Assembly (NCBI GenBank): GCA_964524065.1
Contig: CAZGCB010000001.1
Span: 16,006 to 80,005 of the forward strand
Direction: 5' to 3'
Source of the DNA: an uncultured Caulobacterales bacterium
GTDB taxonomy: Bacteria; Pseudomonadota; Alphaproteobacteria; Caulobacterales; Maricaulaceae
DNA: 64,000 nt
The notes under the pieces are model-generated. The model saw nothing but the letters and a program-made list of their open reading frames with translations, was not told the origin of the DNA and did no database searches. The translations under genes were made by a program, and so were the position numbers. Below are positions 45,220 to 54,285 of the stretch, piece after piece (position 1 is the first letter of the stretch; every line of letters starts with the position of its first letter).

Positions 45220-45981
45220 CTAAGACATCACGTGATAACCCGCGTCCACATAGGCGATGTTGCCGGTGACATGGCGCGCGGCGTCGCTGGCGAGAAAAGC
45301 CGCATAAGCGCCCACATCCTCAATCGTGACTAAGGTGCGCTGTGGGGCGCGGGTCGCCGCCTCGTCCATCAGAGCATCGAAATGCGCGATGCCGGAGGCC
45401 GCCCGGGTCGCCACAGGCCCCGGCGACAACGCATTGACGCGAATGCCTTCGGGCCCGAGATCGGCGGCCAGATAGTGGGTGACGGACTCCAGCGCCGCCT
45501 TCACCGGACCCATAATGTTGTAATTGTCGACGACCTTTTCGGCGCCGTAATAGCTCACGGTCATGAGGCACCCGCCCTCGCGCATCAGCGGTTTGGCGGC
45601 CGCCGCGAGGCGGATGAAGGAATGGCAGGACACATCCATGGCGCGCGCAAAGCCGTCGCGTGACGCTTCCACCACACGGGCGTGGAGGTCCGCCTTCGGA
45701 CAAAACGCCACCGAATGCAGCGCGAAATCCAATCGCCCCCAGCGCTTTTTGATGGCGGCGAACAGCGCCTCGAACTCAGCCTCCTTCTCCACATTCAAAG
45801 GCAAGAATTCCGCCGCACCGACCGCGTCAGCCACGGGCTGCACATGCGGCTTGGCCTTGTCATTGAGGTAGGTGAGCACCAGCTCCGCCCCGGCATCCTT
45901 GAAGGCCCGCGCACACCCAGCGGCGATGCTGTGCTCATTGGCGACGCCGACCACCAGGCCGACCTTGCCCTCCAGATTCAT
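45220..45981 (-). CDS. fabI: Enoyl-[acyl-carrier-protein] reductase (NADH) FabI
   Basis: GKVGLVVGVANEHSIA, SYYGAEKVVDNYNIMGPVKAALE, RVNALSPGP. Confidence 0.9.
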   Translation of the reverse strand: MNLEGKVGLVVGVANEHSIAAGCARAFKDAGAELVLTYLNDKAKPHVQPVADAVGAAEFLPLNVEKEAEFEALFAAIKKRWGRLDFALHSVAFCPKADLHARVVEASRDGFARAMDVSCHSFIRLAAAAKPLMREGGCLMTVSYYGAEKVVDNYNIMGPVKAALESVTHYLAADLGPEGIRVNALSPGPVATRAASGIAHFDALMDEAATRAPQRTLVTIEDVGAYAAFLASDAARHVTGNIAYVDAGYHVMS

Positions 45982-48752
45982 GACGCGCCCCCTTCGGCGT
46001 CGGCTGTATCCTGATTGGCCCGCCAGCGGATCGTGGCCTTATGGATCTCCTCCGCAAACAGGAAGAACAACGCCACGGCGAACAGCGCCGCAAACACCCA
46101 CAGCGGCGGCGGTGACACACCCAGCAGGCCCCGCAGGCCGGGGATGTGCATGGACAGCAAATGGATGCCCAAAGCCGCCGGCGTGGCGATGGCGAGAAAA
46201 CGGTTGGCCGCATACGCAATAGTGAAGACGGAGCGGGTTTCCGAGCGGCTCGACAACGCATGCACATTGCCGAACAGCACCATCATCAACAGGGTGAAGT
46301 TCTGCGCCTCGCCATGGCTGAAGCCGAGATGCAGACTGAGCGCAAACACGGTGAAAGCCAAAATGCCCATGAACGAACCGGCCACAAGCACGTGTTCGAT
46401 GATGTGCCGTTCGAAAATCGGCTCGCGCGGATCGCGCGGCTTGCGCTTCAACTCGCTCCCTTCCTTGGGCTCAAAGGCCAACGCCACATCCTGCAGACCA
46501 TTGGCCACCAGATTGAGCCACAACAACTGGATCGCTGTCAGCGGCATGGGCAGCCCGAAGGCAACCGTGAGGAAGAACAAAATAATCGCCGAAAAGCCCG
46601 TGGCGGTGAGCAGGCCGATCACTTTGCGGATGTTGTTGTAGACAATGCGTCCCTGCTCGATGCCCGCGACGATGGAGGCGAAGTTGTCATCCGTGATGAT
46701 CAGCTCAGCGCTTTCCTTGGCCACATCGGTGCCGGACTTGCCCATGGCCACACCCGCATTGGCCTTGCGCATGGCGGGCGCATCATTCACGCCATCGCCG
46801 GTGACGGCGACGAAGTGGCCGTCCTTCATGAACGTATCGACGATGAGGCTCTTTTGCAGCGGCTCAATGCGCGCAAACACCCGCGCCGGCAGCACCAGCG
46901 CGCGCACCGCCGCCTCACCCTGATCATGGGCCTCACGGATCATGGCGCCCGTGACGACGGGATCATCCGGCTCGCATAAGCCCAGATCCGCCCCGATGGC
47001 GCGGGCGGTGGCGGGATGATCGCCCGTCACCATGGCCACGCCGACCCCGCCCTCGCGGCAGCGCTGAATGGCGCCGCGGGCTTCAGGGCGCACCGGGTCG
47101 ATCATGGCCACCATGCCGAGAAAGGTGAGATCCGCCAGCGCGTCGGTGTTCGCCCAATCGGTTCCAGCGGCGGCCGAACGTTTCGCCAGCGCGATGATGC
47201 GATAGCCGCGCGCGGCCAAGTCCTCGAACTGCGCGGTGATGCGCGCCACATCGATGGGCGCCTCGCCCTCATCCAAGCGCATATGCGTGGAAGCGGCGAG
47301 GATGCGCTCCGGGCTGCCCTTCACATATATCGCCGGGCCAGCCTCATTGGCGTTGACGCTGGCGGAAAAGGCCCGCTCGGACTCATAAGGCACCACATGC
47401 AACTGGCGGTGCTCAGTCTTCACATCGGTGAGCGACAAGCCGAGCTTCTTGGCGAACACCAAAAAGGCCACATCGACAATGTCGCCATCCGACACCCACT
47501 CGCCGCCGGCGTAATCCAAATGGCTCTCATTGGCGAGGATGCCTGTGAGGGCCAAATCGCGCACTTGCTCCAGCGCTTCGCCCTTCACCTCGCCCGGCCC
47601 GACGCCCGCGCCCGTGGTGCTGTAGCTGCGCCCGGAGGGCAGCACCGCTTGATCAATGGTGAGCTTGTTCACCGTCAGCGTGCCGGTTTTGTCCGAGCAG
47701 ATGAAGGTGCACGAGCCCAACGCTTCGACCGCCACGAGTTTGCGGATAATGACGTTGGCCTTGGCCATGCGCCGCATGCCGATGGCCAGTGCGACCGTCA
47801 GCGCCGCCGGCAGGCCTTCGGGAATGGTGGACACCGCAAGGCCAATGCCCATCATGAGGATTTCGGTCGGCTCATAGCCGCCGCGCGCCGCCATCAGCCC
47901 GGCCAGCCCCAAAATCGCCAACAGGATCGCGCCGGCCACCTGATAGGTGAAGCGCCTGATGCGGATCATCAAAGGCGGTTCGGCGGTTTTGGGCGCGCTC
48001 ACCCGATCCGCAATACGGCCGATTTCCGTCTTCAAGCCTGTGGCCGTCACGATGCCGATGCCGCGGCCATGGGTGACGATGCTGCCGGCGAAGAGATGGT
48101 CCAACCGTTCGCTTAAGCTGGCGTTGGCCGGCGCGTGCGCGTCAGCGTTTTTGTTCACCGCCACGGATTCGCCCGTGAGCATGGACTCATCCACGGCCAA
48201 ATCGCGCGTCTCATACAGTTTGATGTCCGCCGGCGTGCGATCGCCGGAGGCCACATGCACCACATCGCCCGGCACGATATCGACGATGTCCACGGCTTGG
48301 ACCGCACCATCGCGCACCACATGAGCGACGCCGCGAATCATGGCGCGCAGCGCGCTGGCCGAGCGTTGAGCGGACGCTTCTTGGGTGGCCCCGATCACGG
48401 CATTAAGCAGCAACACCAGCGTGATGAAGATGGCGCTGGGGGTCTGGCCCACCGCCAGTGAGGCGATGGCGGCCACAATCAAAATATAGATGAAGGGGCT
48501 GAGGAACTGGCTGGCGAAAATCTCCAACAGCCCACGGGTTTTCGGTTCCGGCAGCTGATTGGGGCCAAAGCTCACCTGACGGCGGATGGCCTCCGCCGTG
48601 CTGAGCCCTCGCTCGAGATCGGCCGCTATCGCCTCGGCGGGCGGATCAGGCGGTTCTTCGCCGTCAGGGGCCGTTGAAGACGGGCGATCCGCGCGCGGTG
48701 CAGGACGCGCGGCGGTGGAAACACCGGTCGGTGCGGTCATGGCGGTGAGCAT
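45978..48752 (-). CDS. Cation-transporting P-type ATPase (type II, Ca2+/Mg2+-like)
   Basis: TGES, CSDKTGTLT, TGDHPATA, TGDGVNDAPAM, ten-TM architecture. Confidence 0.9.
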   Translation of the reverse strand: MLTAMTAPTGVSTAARPAPRADRPSSTAPDGEEPPDPPAEAIAADLERGLSTAEAIRRQVSFGPNQLPEPKTRGLLEIFASQFLSPFIYILIVAAIASLAVGQTPSAIFITLVLLLNAVIGATQEASAQRSASALRAMIRGVAHVVRDGAVQAVDIVDIVPGDVVHVASGDRTPADIKLYETRDLAVDESMLTGESVAVNKNADAHAPANASLSERLDHLFAGSIVTHGRGIGIVTATGLKTEIGRIADRVSAPKTAEPPLMIRIRRFTYQVAGAILLAILGLAGLMAARGGYEPTEILMMGIGLAVSTIPEGLPAALTVALAIGMRRMAKANVIIRKLVAVEALGSCTFICSDKTGTLTVNKLTIDQAVLPSGRSYSTTGAGVGPGEVKGEALEQVRDLALTGILANESHLDYAGGEWVSDGDIVDVAFLVFAKKLGLSLTDVKTEHRQLHVVPYESERAFSASVNANEAGPAIYVKGSPERILAASTHMRLDEGEAPIDVARITAQFEDLAARGYRIIALAKRSAAAGTDWANTDALADLTFLGMVAMIDPVRPEARGAIQRCREGGVGVAMVTGDHPATARAIGADLGLCEPDDPVVTGAMIREAHDQGEAAVRALVLPARVFARIEPLQKSLIVDTFMKDGHFVAVTGDGVNDAPAMRKANAGVAMGKSGTDVAKESAELIITDDNFASIVAGIEQGRIVYNNIRKVIGLLTATGFSAIILFFLTVAFGLPMPLTAIQLLWLNLVANGLQDVALAFEPKEGSELKRKPRDPREPIFERHIIEHVLVAGSFMGILAFTVFALSLHLGFSHGEAQNFTLLMMVLFGNVHALSSRSETRSVFTIAYAANRFLAIATPAALGIHLLSMHIPGLRGLLGVSPPPLWVFAALFAVALFFLFAEEIHKATIRWRANQDTADAEGGAS

Positions 48753-48974
48753 CCCTGCTTTTGCACTGCACCATGTTTATAGGCGCCGGCCCCACCGGAC
48801 TCGAGACGGCAAACTGACGCGGGCCCCGCGGGACGACGGCGCGCAGCGGCGGCTGTTTCCTTACCGAATTGTCACAGAGTTTTTGGGGTTTTGCGCGACG
48901 GACGCGCGGCGCCCGCCACGTTTAGCCCGTATCAACGCCGCCCCTGGGCGCGTTCAGTCATAACGGAGAGCCCT

Positions 48975-49472
48975 ATGATGAAATCCCTGATGGCCGCCGC
49001 CGGCGCGAGCCTCATCCTCGCCACTGCAGCATCGGCCGCCCCCGGCAATCCCGAGAAACGCGCCGAACGCGTCGTCAACGGCGTGTTTGAACGCTTGGAC
49101 GCCGATGAAAACGGCCGCATCACCGAAACCGAAGTCAAAGACGCCCGCCGCACGGCCTTCCTCAGCGCCGATGCGAACGCCGATGGCGTTGTCGAGCCCT
49201 CTGAGCTGGAAGCTCTGCGCAAGGCCGATCGCGAACGCCCGCGGCGCGGCCGGGGACGGTTTGGCCCGCGTCCAGAAGCTGGGGAAGCCCTTGATTTTGC
49301 ACGTCTCGACACCAATGAAGACGGTTTGTTGACCTCCGATGAGTTCGTGGAACGCGCCATAAGGCTGTTGGAGATGGACAGCGATGGCGATGGCGCCGTC
49401 GACAAAGCGGAGCTGACCGCGGGCGTTCAAGCCCGCATGCAAGAGCGCATGGAGGAACGTCGGTCACGCTAG
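48975..49472 (+). CDS. Secreted protein with four EF-hand calcium-binding loops
   Basis: Signal peptide MMKSLMAAAGASLILATAASA. Loops DADENGRITETE, DANADGVVEPSE, DTNEDGLLTSDE, DSDGDGAVDKAE. GGAGAG RBS. Confidence 0.8.
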   Translation: MMKSLMAAAGASLILATAASAAPGNPEKRAERVVNGVFERLDADENGRITETEVKDARRTAFLSADANADGVVEPSELEALRKADRERPRRGRGRFGPRPEAGEALDFARLDTNEDGLLTSDEFVERAIRLLEMDSDGDGAVDKAELTAGVQARMQERMEERRSR

Positions 49473-49600
49473 ATCGCAGCGCCCCCACAACACGGCGCAT
49501 GGGCGTCGGGCCTCGGCTCCCCGATGGTGAACACCGTCGTGCGGGGTAACGCCAGGTCCGGCCCATAGCCCGGCCAAAGCGCGCGAAGCGTGAACGGCGC

Positions 49601-50437
49601 TTAGCTTTGGAACAGGGACAAAATCACATCGGGACTGGAATTGGCGATGGACAAACTCTGTACAGAGAGTTGCTGCTGAACCTGCAACGCCTCCAACCGC
49701 GCCGCCTCAACCCCCAAATCGGCGTCCACCAACGCGCCGATATTGATGTCCAAATTGTCCTGCAGCAGCGAGACGAAGTTGCGGTGCGCATCCAGCTGGT
49801 TGGAGTCGTTGCCGAGGGCGCTCTGCGCACGGATCACATTTTCCAGACTGGCCTCGACGGCCGCCAAAGCCGCTTGAGCGTCCGTGACGCTCGCCAGTGA
49901 CGCGATCGCCGGATCCACAACAATGTTGGGACCGGGAACCGTCATATTCTGCGTGTTCAGCAGGATGGTGCGGCTCGCTTCCACATCCGCCAACACCTCC
50001 ACCCCCGGACTTTCGGACCCGTCCAAGAGGTTCACATCAGCGATCTCAGCCTGCGCGACGATGCTCTGAATTTGGTCGAGCAGCGAAGCGAAGGAGTCGG
50101 CGTAGCTTTGGCGGGACTGAGCGTCCAAGCTCGGCTCCACCGCCGCGACGGCGTCCGCCCGCATCTCGTCCAACAGCGATTTGATGCTGTTCAACGCGCC
50201 TTCGGCGGTGTCGGCGATGGACATCGCGCGCGTCAGGCTGTCACTGACCGCCTCAAATCCGGAGCGGTCGCGGCGCAATTCTTCGGCCACGGCGAAACGC
50301 GCCGGATCATCAGACGAGCGGCTCACTTCCAAGCCGGAGGAGATGCGTTGTTGCGTCTCTTCCAGCGCGCCGCTGGTTTTGTTGAGATTTTGCAGGGCGA
50401 CCAACGCCGCTTGGTTGGACTGGACATTCAAGGTCAT
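49601..50437 (-). CDS. Flagellin, a divergent paralog
   Basis: N-terminal MTLNVQSNQAALVALQNLNKT...RISSGL and C-terminal QQQLSVQSLSIANSSPDVILSLFQS. Much less similar to the two downstream flagellins than they are to each other. Confidence 0.85.
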   Translation of the reverse strand: MTLNVQSNQAALVALQNLNKTSGALEETQQRISSGLEVSRSSDDPARFAVAEELRRDRSGFEAVSDSLTRAMSIADTAEGALNSIKSLLDEMRADAVAAVEPSLDAQSRQSYADSFASLLDQIQSIVAQAEIADVNLLDGSESPGVEVLADVEASRTILLNTQNMTVPGPNIVVDPAIASLASVTDAQAALAAVEASLENVIRAQSALGNDSNQLDAHRNFVSLLQDNLDINIGALVDADLGVEAARLEALQVQQQLSVQSLSIANSSPDVILSLFQS

Positions 50438-50641
50438 CGGCGATCTCCCCGCGCACGGACGCGTTTGCTTTCAGCATGTCCGTCTCCCCCGACTCATTTC
50501 GAATCAGCGGACGAACGATCAACGCGAAGAGATTTGGTCGAAGGCGGTTAAGAAAGTGCAAGCGCCGCGGCGCGCCGCCCGGCGCATCGCGGTTATTCTC
50601 ATATGTGGGGCGCCGTGACGATCGCCCGTGGGGCGGGGCGC

Positions 50642-51064
50642 CTACACGCGCCGATCCACCACCAGACCATCGGCGTCTTGCGGCCGATCCAGACGGCCGA
50701 GCAATTCTTCTCGCGGCCATTGGCGGATCACCTCGCCATTGCGCGAATCGATGGTGGTGTAAATGAACTGTCCGCTGTCTTCGTCTTTGGAGATCTGCAG
50801 CTTGGCGTAAGGCTTCAGCGCATCTTCGACGAGTTGGCGCGCCAAATCACGGGCCCGCTCATCGGCGGCGACCTCAGCGGCTTGGCTGGTTTCGGTGAAC
50901 AGCGCGTCCTCACGCAATGGCGGCCCGTCGACAGCGGAGGAACCTGCAGAAGGCGTCTCCGTCCGTTCGCGCGTCCCGGATGCGGGCGCTTGAATGGACG
51001 CGGCCGCCGTGGCGACGGTGGTTTCGGGCGATGGGGTCGATGCGACAGCGATGCTCGTCATCAA
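50642..51064 (-). CDS. flaG: Flagellar protein FlaG
   Basis: C-terminal LQISKDEDSGQFIYTTIDSRNGEVIRQWP motif. Confidence 0.75.
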   Translation of the reverse strand: MMTSIAVASTPSPETTVATAAASIQAPASGTRERTETPSAGSSAVDGPPLREDALFTETSQAAEVAADERARDLARQLVEDALKPYAKLQISKDEDSGQFIYTTIDSRNGEVIRQWPREELLGRLDRPQDADGLVVDRRV

Positions 51065-51133
51065 ATTTACGGCGCAGTGGGCGCAGCCTCCTGTTTTGAC
51101 CTTGTAAGCATGACAGGACGGGCTTTAGGCGAA

Positions 51134-51161
51134 GGAAAAACGGGCGTCCCGAAGGACGCCC
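51134..51161 (-). terminator. Rho-independent terminator downstream of flagellin 51173-51997
   Basis: On the minus strand, GGGCGTCC-TTCG-GGACGCCC followed by GTTTTTCC. Confidence 0.6.
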
Positions 51162-51172
51162 GCCGCTGAAGA

Positions 51173-51997
51173 TTAACGGAAGAGAGACAAGATGCTGTTC
51201 GGCGCCTGGTTGGCGATGGACAGCGCCTGAGTGCCCAACTGCTGCTGGGTCTGCAGGGCGGTCAACCGTGCGCTCTCTTTGGCGAGATCGGCATCGACCA
51301 AGTTACCGATGCCTTTTTCCGCCTCGTCCGACAGCTTCGTCACGAACTCACTTTGGATGTCGAGCGCTTTGCCCGCGGTGCCGAGACGCGCCAGCGCCTC
51401 ATTCACATTGTCCAAAGAGCCTTCGATCGCGGTGATGGCGGCCGTGGCTTCCGTCACCGAGTCGATGTCGGCCGTCGTCGTCAGGGTCACGACGGAGCCC
51501 GACAAGGACAAGTCTTCATCCAACACGGTGATGACGCTGGAGCCGTCCGCATTGGCCAAAGCCGTCAGTTCGTTGGTGGAGCCGTTCAACAGGTTCACCC
51601 CGTTGAATTCAGCGTTGCCCACCACGGTGGCGATTTGATCACGCAGCGCTTCGAAGTCTTCACTCAAAGCATCGCGCGACGCCGTGTCCAGCGAGGCGTC
51701 CGAAGCCGCCAGCGCTTTTTCTTTCATCTCGATGAGCAAGTCAGAAACGGCTTCACCGGCCGCCAAAGCCACGTCGACGGTGGAGGTCGCACGGCTCAGA
51801 GAGTTCTGCACTGCACCGTAGGACGCGACGTCCGCACGCAGGCCTTGGGCGATGGCGAAAATGCCGCCGTCATCTTTCGCGCTCGAAACCTTCAAACCGG
51901 TGCTGATCCGGTTTTGGACTTCTTCGAGTTGACGGTTGGTGTTGTTGAGGTTTTGCAGGGCGACCTGGGCGCCCGGATTCGTGTTCACACTCAGCAT
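51173..51997 (-). CDS. Flagellin
   Basis: MLSVNTNPGAQVALQNLN...RISTGLKV...DDGGIFAIAQ and C-terminal LQTQQQLGTQALSIANQAPNSILSLFR. Confidence 0.9.
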   Translation of the reverse strand: MLSVNTNPGAQVALQNLNNTNRQLEEVQNRISTGLKVSSAKDDGGIFAIAQGLRADVASYGAVQNSLSRATSTVDVALAAGEAVSDLLIEMKEKALAASDASLDTASRDALSEDFEALRDQIATVVGNAEFNGVNLLNGSTNELTALANADGSSVITVLDEDLSLSGSVVTLTTTADIDSVTEATAAITAIEGSLDNVNEALARLGTAGKALDIQSEFVTKLSDEAEKGIGNLVDADLAKESARLTALQTQQQLGTQALSIANQAPNSILSLFR

Positions 51998-52071
51998 TTC
52001 TTTGCTCCGCAGTTTTGCGTGTCACACCGCCGTTTTGGCGGTCGGACCCGTTTTGGATCCGCTCAGTGGGC

Positions 52072-52087
52072 TGCAAATCATGGGCCA
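52072..52087 (-). promoter_or_regulatory. Candidate sigma-54 promoter of flagellin 51173-51997
   Basis: The minus strand reads TGGCCC-ATGAT-TTGCA, 75 nt upstream of the ATG. Confidence 0.6.
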
Positions 52088-52235
52088 ACGTGTTGGAGGC
52101 CGATCCACCAAGGATTTCCAGAGGTTGGCGCCGACAGCGCTGGGCAATTTTGACCGGGCCCGGCAAGATGTGCCGCCACTGGGCGAGTTTTGCCGGGCCT
52201 AGCGGCGCCTGCCCCGCCATGCGCCCTCCCGCCCC

Positions 52236-52265
52236 AAAGAAAAGGGCCGCGGTCGCCCGCGGCCC
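52236..52265 (-). terminator. Rho-independent terminator downstream of flagellin 52272-53120
   Basis: On the minus strand, GGGCCGCGG-GCGA-CCGCGGCCC followed by TTTTCTTT, starting 7 nt after the stop. Confidence 0.65.
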
Positions 52266-52271
52266 TGACGC

Positions 52272-53120
52272 TCAACGCCCCGCGCCCCACCCTAAGTTAT
52301 GGAAGAGCAGAGAGATGGCCTGGGGCGCCTGATTGGCGATGCCGAGGGCCTGGGTGGCCAACTGCTGCTGAGTCTGCTGGGCCTGGAGATTGGCGCTCTC
52401 TTTGGCCAAATCCGCATCCACCAGCGAGCCGATGCCCACCTCGGTTTCATCCAAGATCTTCGTGGTGAAATCCTGCATGATCTCCAGCGATTTCGACGCT
52501 GTACCCAAGCGCGCGAGCGCGGAATTCAAGTTGTCGAGAGACGTCTCAATCGTCGTGATGGCGTTCGTCGCTTCTGTCACGGTGTCGATGTCGGACGCGG
52601 TGGTCAGCGTGATGATGGCGCCGGATAAAGACAAATCTTCATCTTGAACCGTCAACACCGAGGAGCCGTCCTGATTGGCCAACGCCTCAAAGGCATTGGT
52701 GCTGCCATTGAGGAGGTTGATGCCGTTGAACTCCGCATTGTCCACCACTGTCGCGATCTGATCGCGCAGGGCTTCAAAGTCTTCATTCAACGCATCGCGA
52801 GAGGCCGTGTCCAGCGACGCATCCGACGCCGCCAGCGCTTTCTCTTTCATCTCAATAAGCAAATCAGAAATGGACTCGCCGGCCGCCAAAGCCACATCCA
52901 CCGTCGACACGCCGCGCGCCAAGCTGTTCTGCACGACGCCGAGCCCCGCCGCTTCGGACCGCAAGCGCTGAGCGATGGCGAAGATGCCGCCATCATCTTT
53001 GGCGCTGGCCACTTCCAAACCCGTGCTGATGCGCCGCTGGGTCTGTTCAAGCGAGGAATTGACGCGATTGAGGTTTTGCAAAGCGATTTGAGCCGCTGCG
53101 TTCGTGTTGACACTCAACAT
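52272..53120 (-). CDS. Flagellin with a 9-residue C-terminal extension
   Basis: By eye it closely matches flagellin 51173-51997 along its whole length. It ends ...QAISLLFHNLGWGAGR instead of ...SILSLFR. Confidence 0.9.
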   Translation of the reverse strand: MLSVNTNAAAQIALQNLNRVNSSLEQTQRRISTGLEVASAKDDGGIFAIAQRLRSEAAGLGVVQNSLARGVSTVDVALAAGESISDLLIEMKEKALAASDASLDTASRDALNEDFEALRDQIATVVDNAEFNGINLLNGSTNAFEALANQDGSSVLTVQDEDLSLSGAIITLTTASDIDTVTEATNAITTIETSLDNLNSALARLGTASKSLEIMQDFTTKILDETEVGIGSLVDADLAKESANLQAQQTQQQLATQALGIANQAPQAISLLFHNLGWGAGR

Positions 53121-53189
53121 GGTTTAGCTCCGTTCTGGGCGCCCGACGCGCCGGCGCGCCGGGGGGCGTTCGTCGTCCGCACCTCGCCA

Positions 53190-53205
53190 TGCGAAATTGA
53201 GGCCA
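53190..53205 (-). promoter_or_regulatory. Candidate sigma-54 promoter of flagellin 52272-53120
   Basis: The minus strand reads TGGCCT-CAATT-TCGCA, 70 nt upstream of the ATG, with an AT-rich tract further upstream. Confidence 0.6.
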
Positions 53206-53299
53206 AAAATAAAGCTAATCGAAGCTTACATCGCCTCAGTCAAACCGAAGTAAAATATCCAATTTTTCGAAAACTGCCGCCAAACGCCGCGAACGCCTT

Positions 53300-53695
53300 T
53301 CACCCAGCCGGCGGCCCTGCGGCTTCAGCCGCGGCTTGCGCGGCGGCGCGTTGCTCGAGGCCTTGCATGATGGAGCGGTTGATGTCGATCAGCGGCTCAA
53401 TCTCGGCGCCATGGCGCAGCACTTCGCTGGAATACTTCGACACGAACATGGACAGCGAAATAATATTGGCGCGCAGCTGTGGCGGCAAACCATTGCCCTC
53501 GCGCCCACAGTCGCCGGCCAACGTGTTCCACACCCGCCGGTTCCAATCCACGGCGTCGGCCAAGGTGCGCAGATCCTCACGGCCGGCTTTCGCCGCCTCC
53601 ATCAGCGCCCGCGTCACTTGGCCAAACAGCCGATATTCCGTTTGCCGGGGCGATTCAGCCCGGCTGGTCGCTTGCTGATACGCCCGCACCGACAT
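53300..53695 (-). CDS. flaF: Flagellin synthesis regulator FlaF
   Basis: [31 protein letters not shown]...[12 protein letters not shown]...[12 protein letters not shown]. Internal start at 53695. Confidence 0.8.
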   Translation of the reverse strand: MSVRAYQQATSRAESPRQTEYRLFGQVTRALMEAAKAGREDLRTLADAVDWNRRVWNTLAGDCGREGNGLPPQLRANIISLSMFVSKYSSEVLRHGAEIEPLIDINRSIMQGLEQRAAAQAAAEAAGPPAG

Positions 53696-54080
53696 CGGCC
53701 AACCTCTCCGCTTCATAATCGATGAGTTTGCGGCACCGGTTGAGCGCTTTGTAGAAGTCGCCCGCCATCACGTCGCGGCTGACCGAGACGCATTCGGCCA
53801 ACACGCCGGTATTGCTGATGACGCTCATGAATTCCGTCATCCGCAGGACAAACTCATCATAATAGGGGCCCGTCCTCCCCTGATCCAAATACATCATCAT
53901 GATTGGGAAGTAGACCCGCCGCGCCGGCGTCACTGCTTCCTCGCTTTGCATGATGTCCTTTTCGCGCAAGACGGAAGCGCGATTTTGCAGCACCAAGGTG
54001 GAGCGGCGATCGCCATTCTCCACCACAGCGCCATTCAAGACGAAACGTTCTCCAGGCTTCAGCGACAATTTCAGCGGCAT
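53655..54080 (-). CDS. flbT: Flagellin translational repressor FlbT
   Basis: [33 protein letters not shown]. Overlaps the flaF start. Confidence 0.85.
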   Translation of the reverse strand: MPLKLSLKPGERFVLNGAVVENGDRRSTLVLQNRASVLREKDIMQSEEAVTPARRVYFPIMMMYLDQGRTGPYYDEFVLRMTEFMSVISNTGVLAECVSVSRDVMAGDFYKALNRCRKLIDYEAERLADVGAGVSASDQPG

Positions 54081-54285
54081 CGGGCGTTCGGCTCCAAAGC
54101 GGGGGCGCGCCGGTCATGGGACGCGCGACGATAAGCAGATGACCTGAAAGCAAGCTAAACAGCGGTGGTTAACCAATTCTCGCCCGCGCCGCGATCAGGC
54201 GCGCGCCGGCGGCCAAACATCCCGCAACCTGCCGCCTGGCTTGCGCGCTAACGGGGGCTTCACCGACCCGGCGCCATGATCGGCC

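Noticed and set aside
50478-50512. TTCGAATC sequence resembling a tRNA T-loop
   Set aside because: There is no acceptor, D or anticodon arm complementarity around it. It lies in the 5' leader of a flagellin gene, inside a simple stem-loop.
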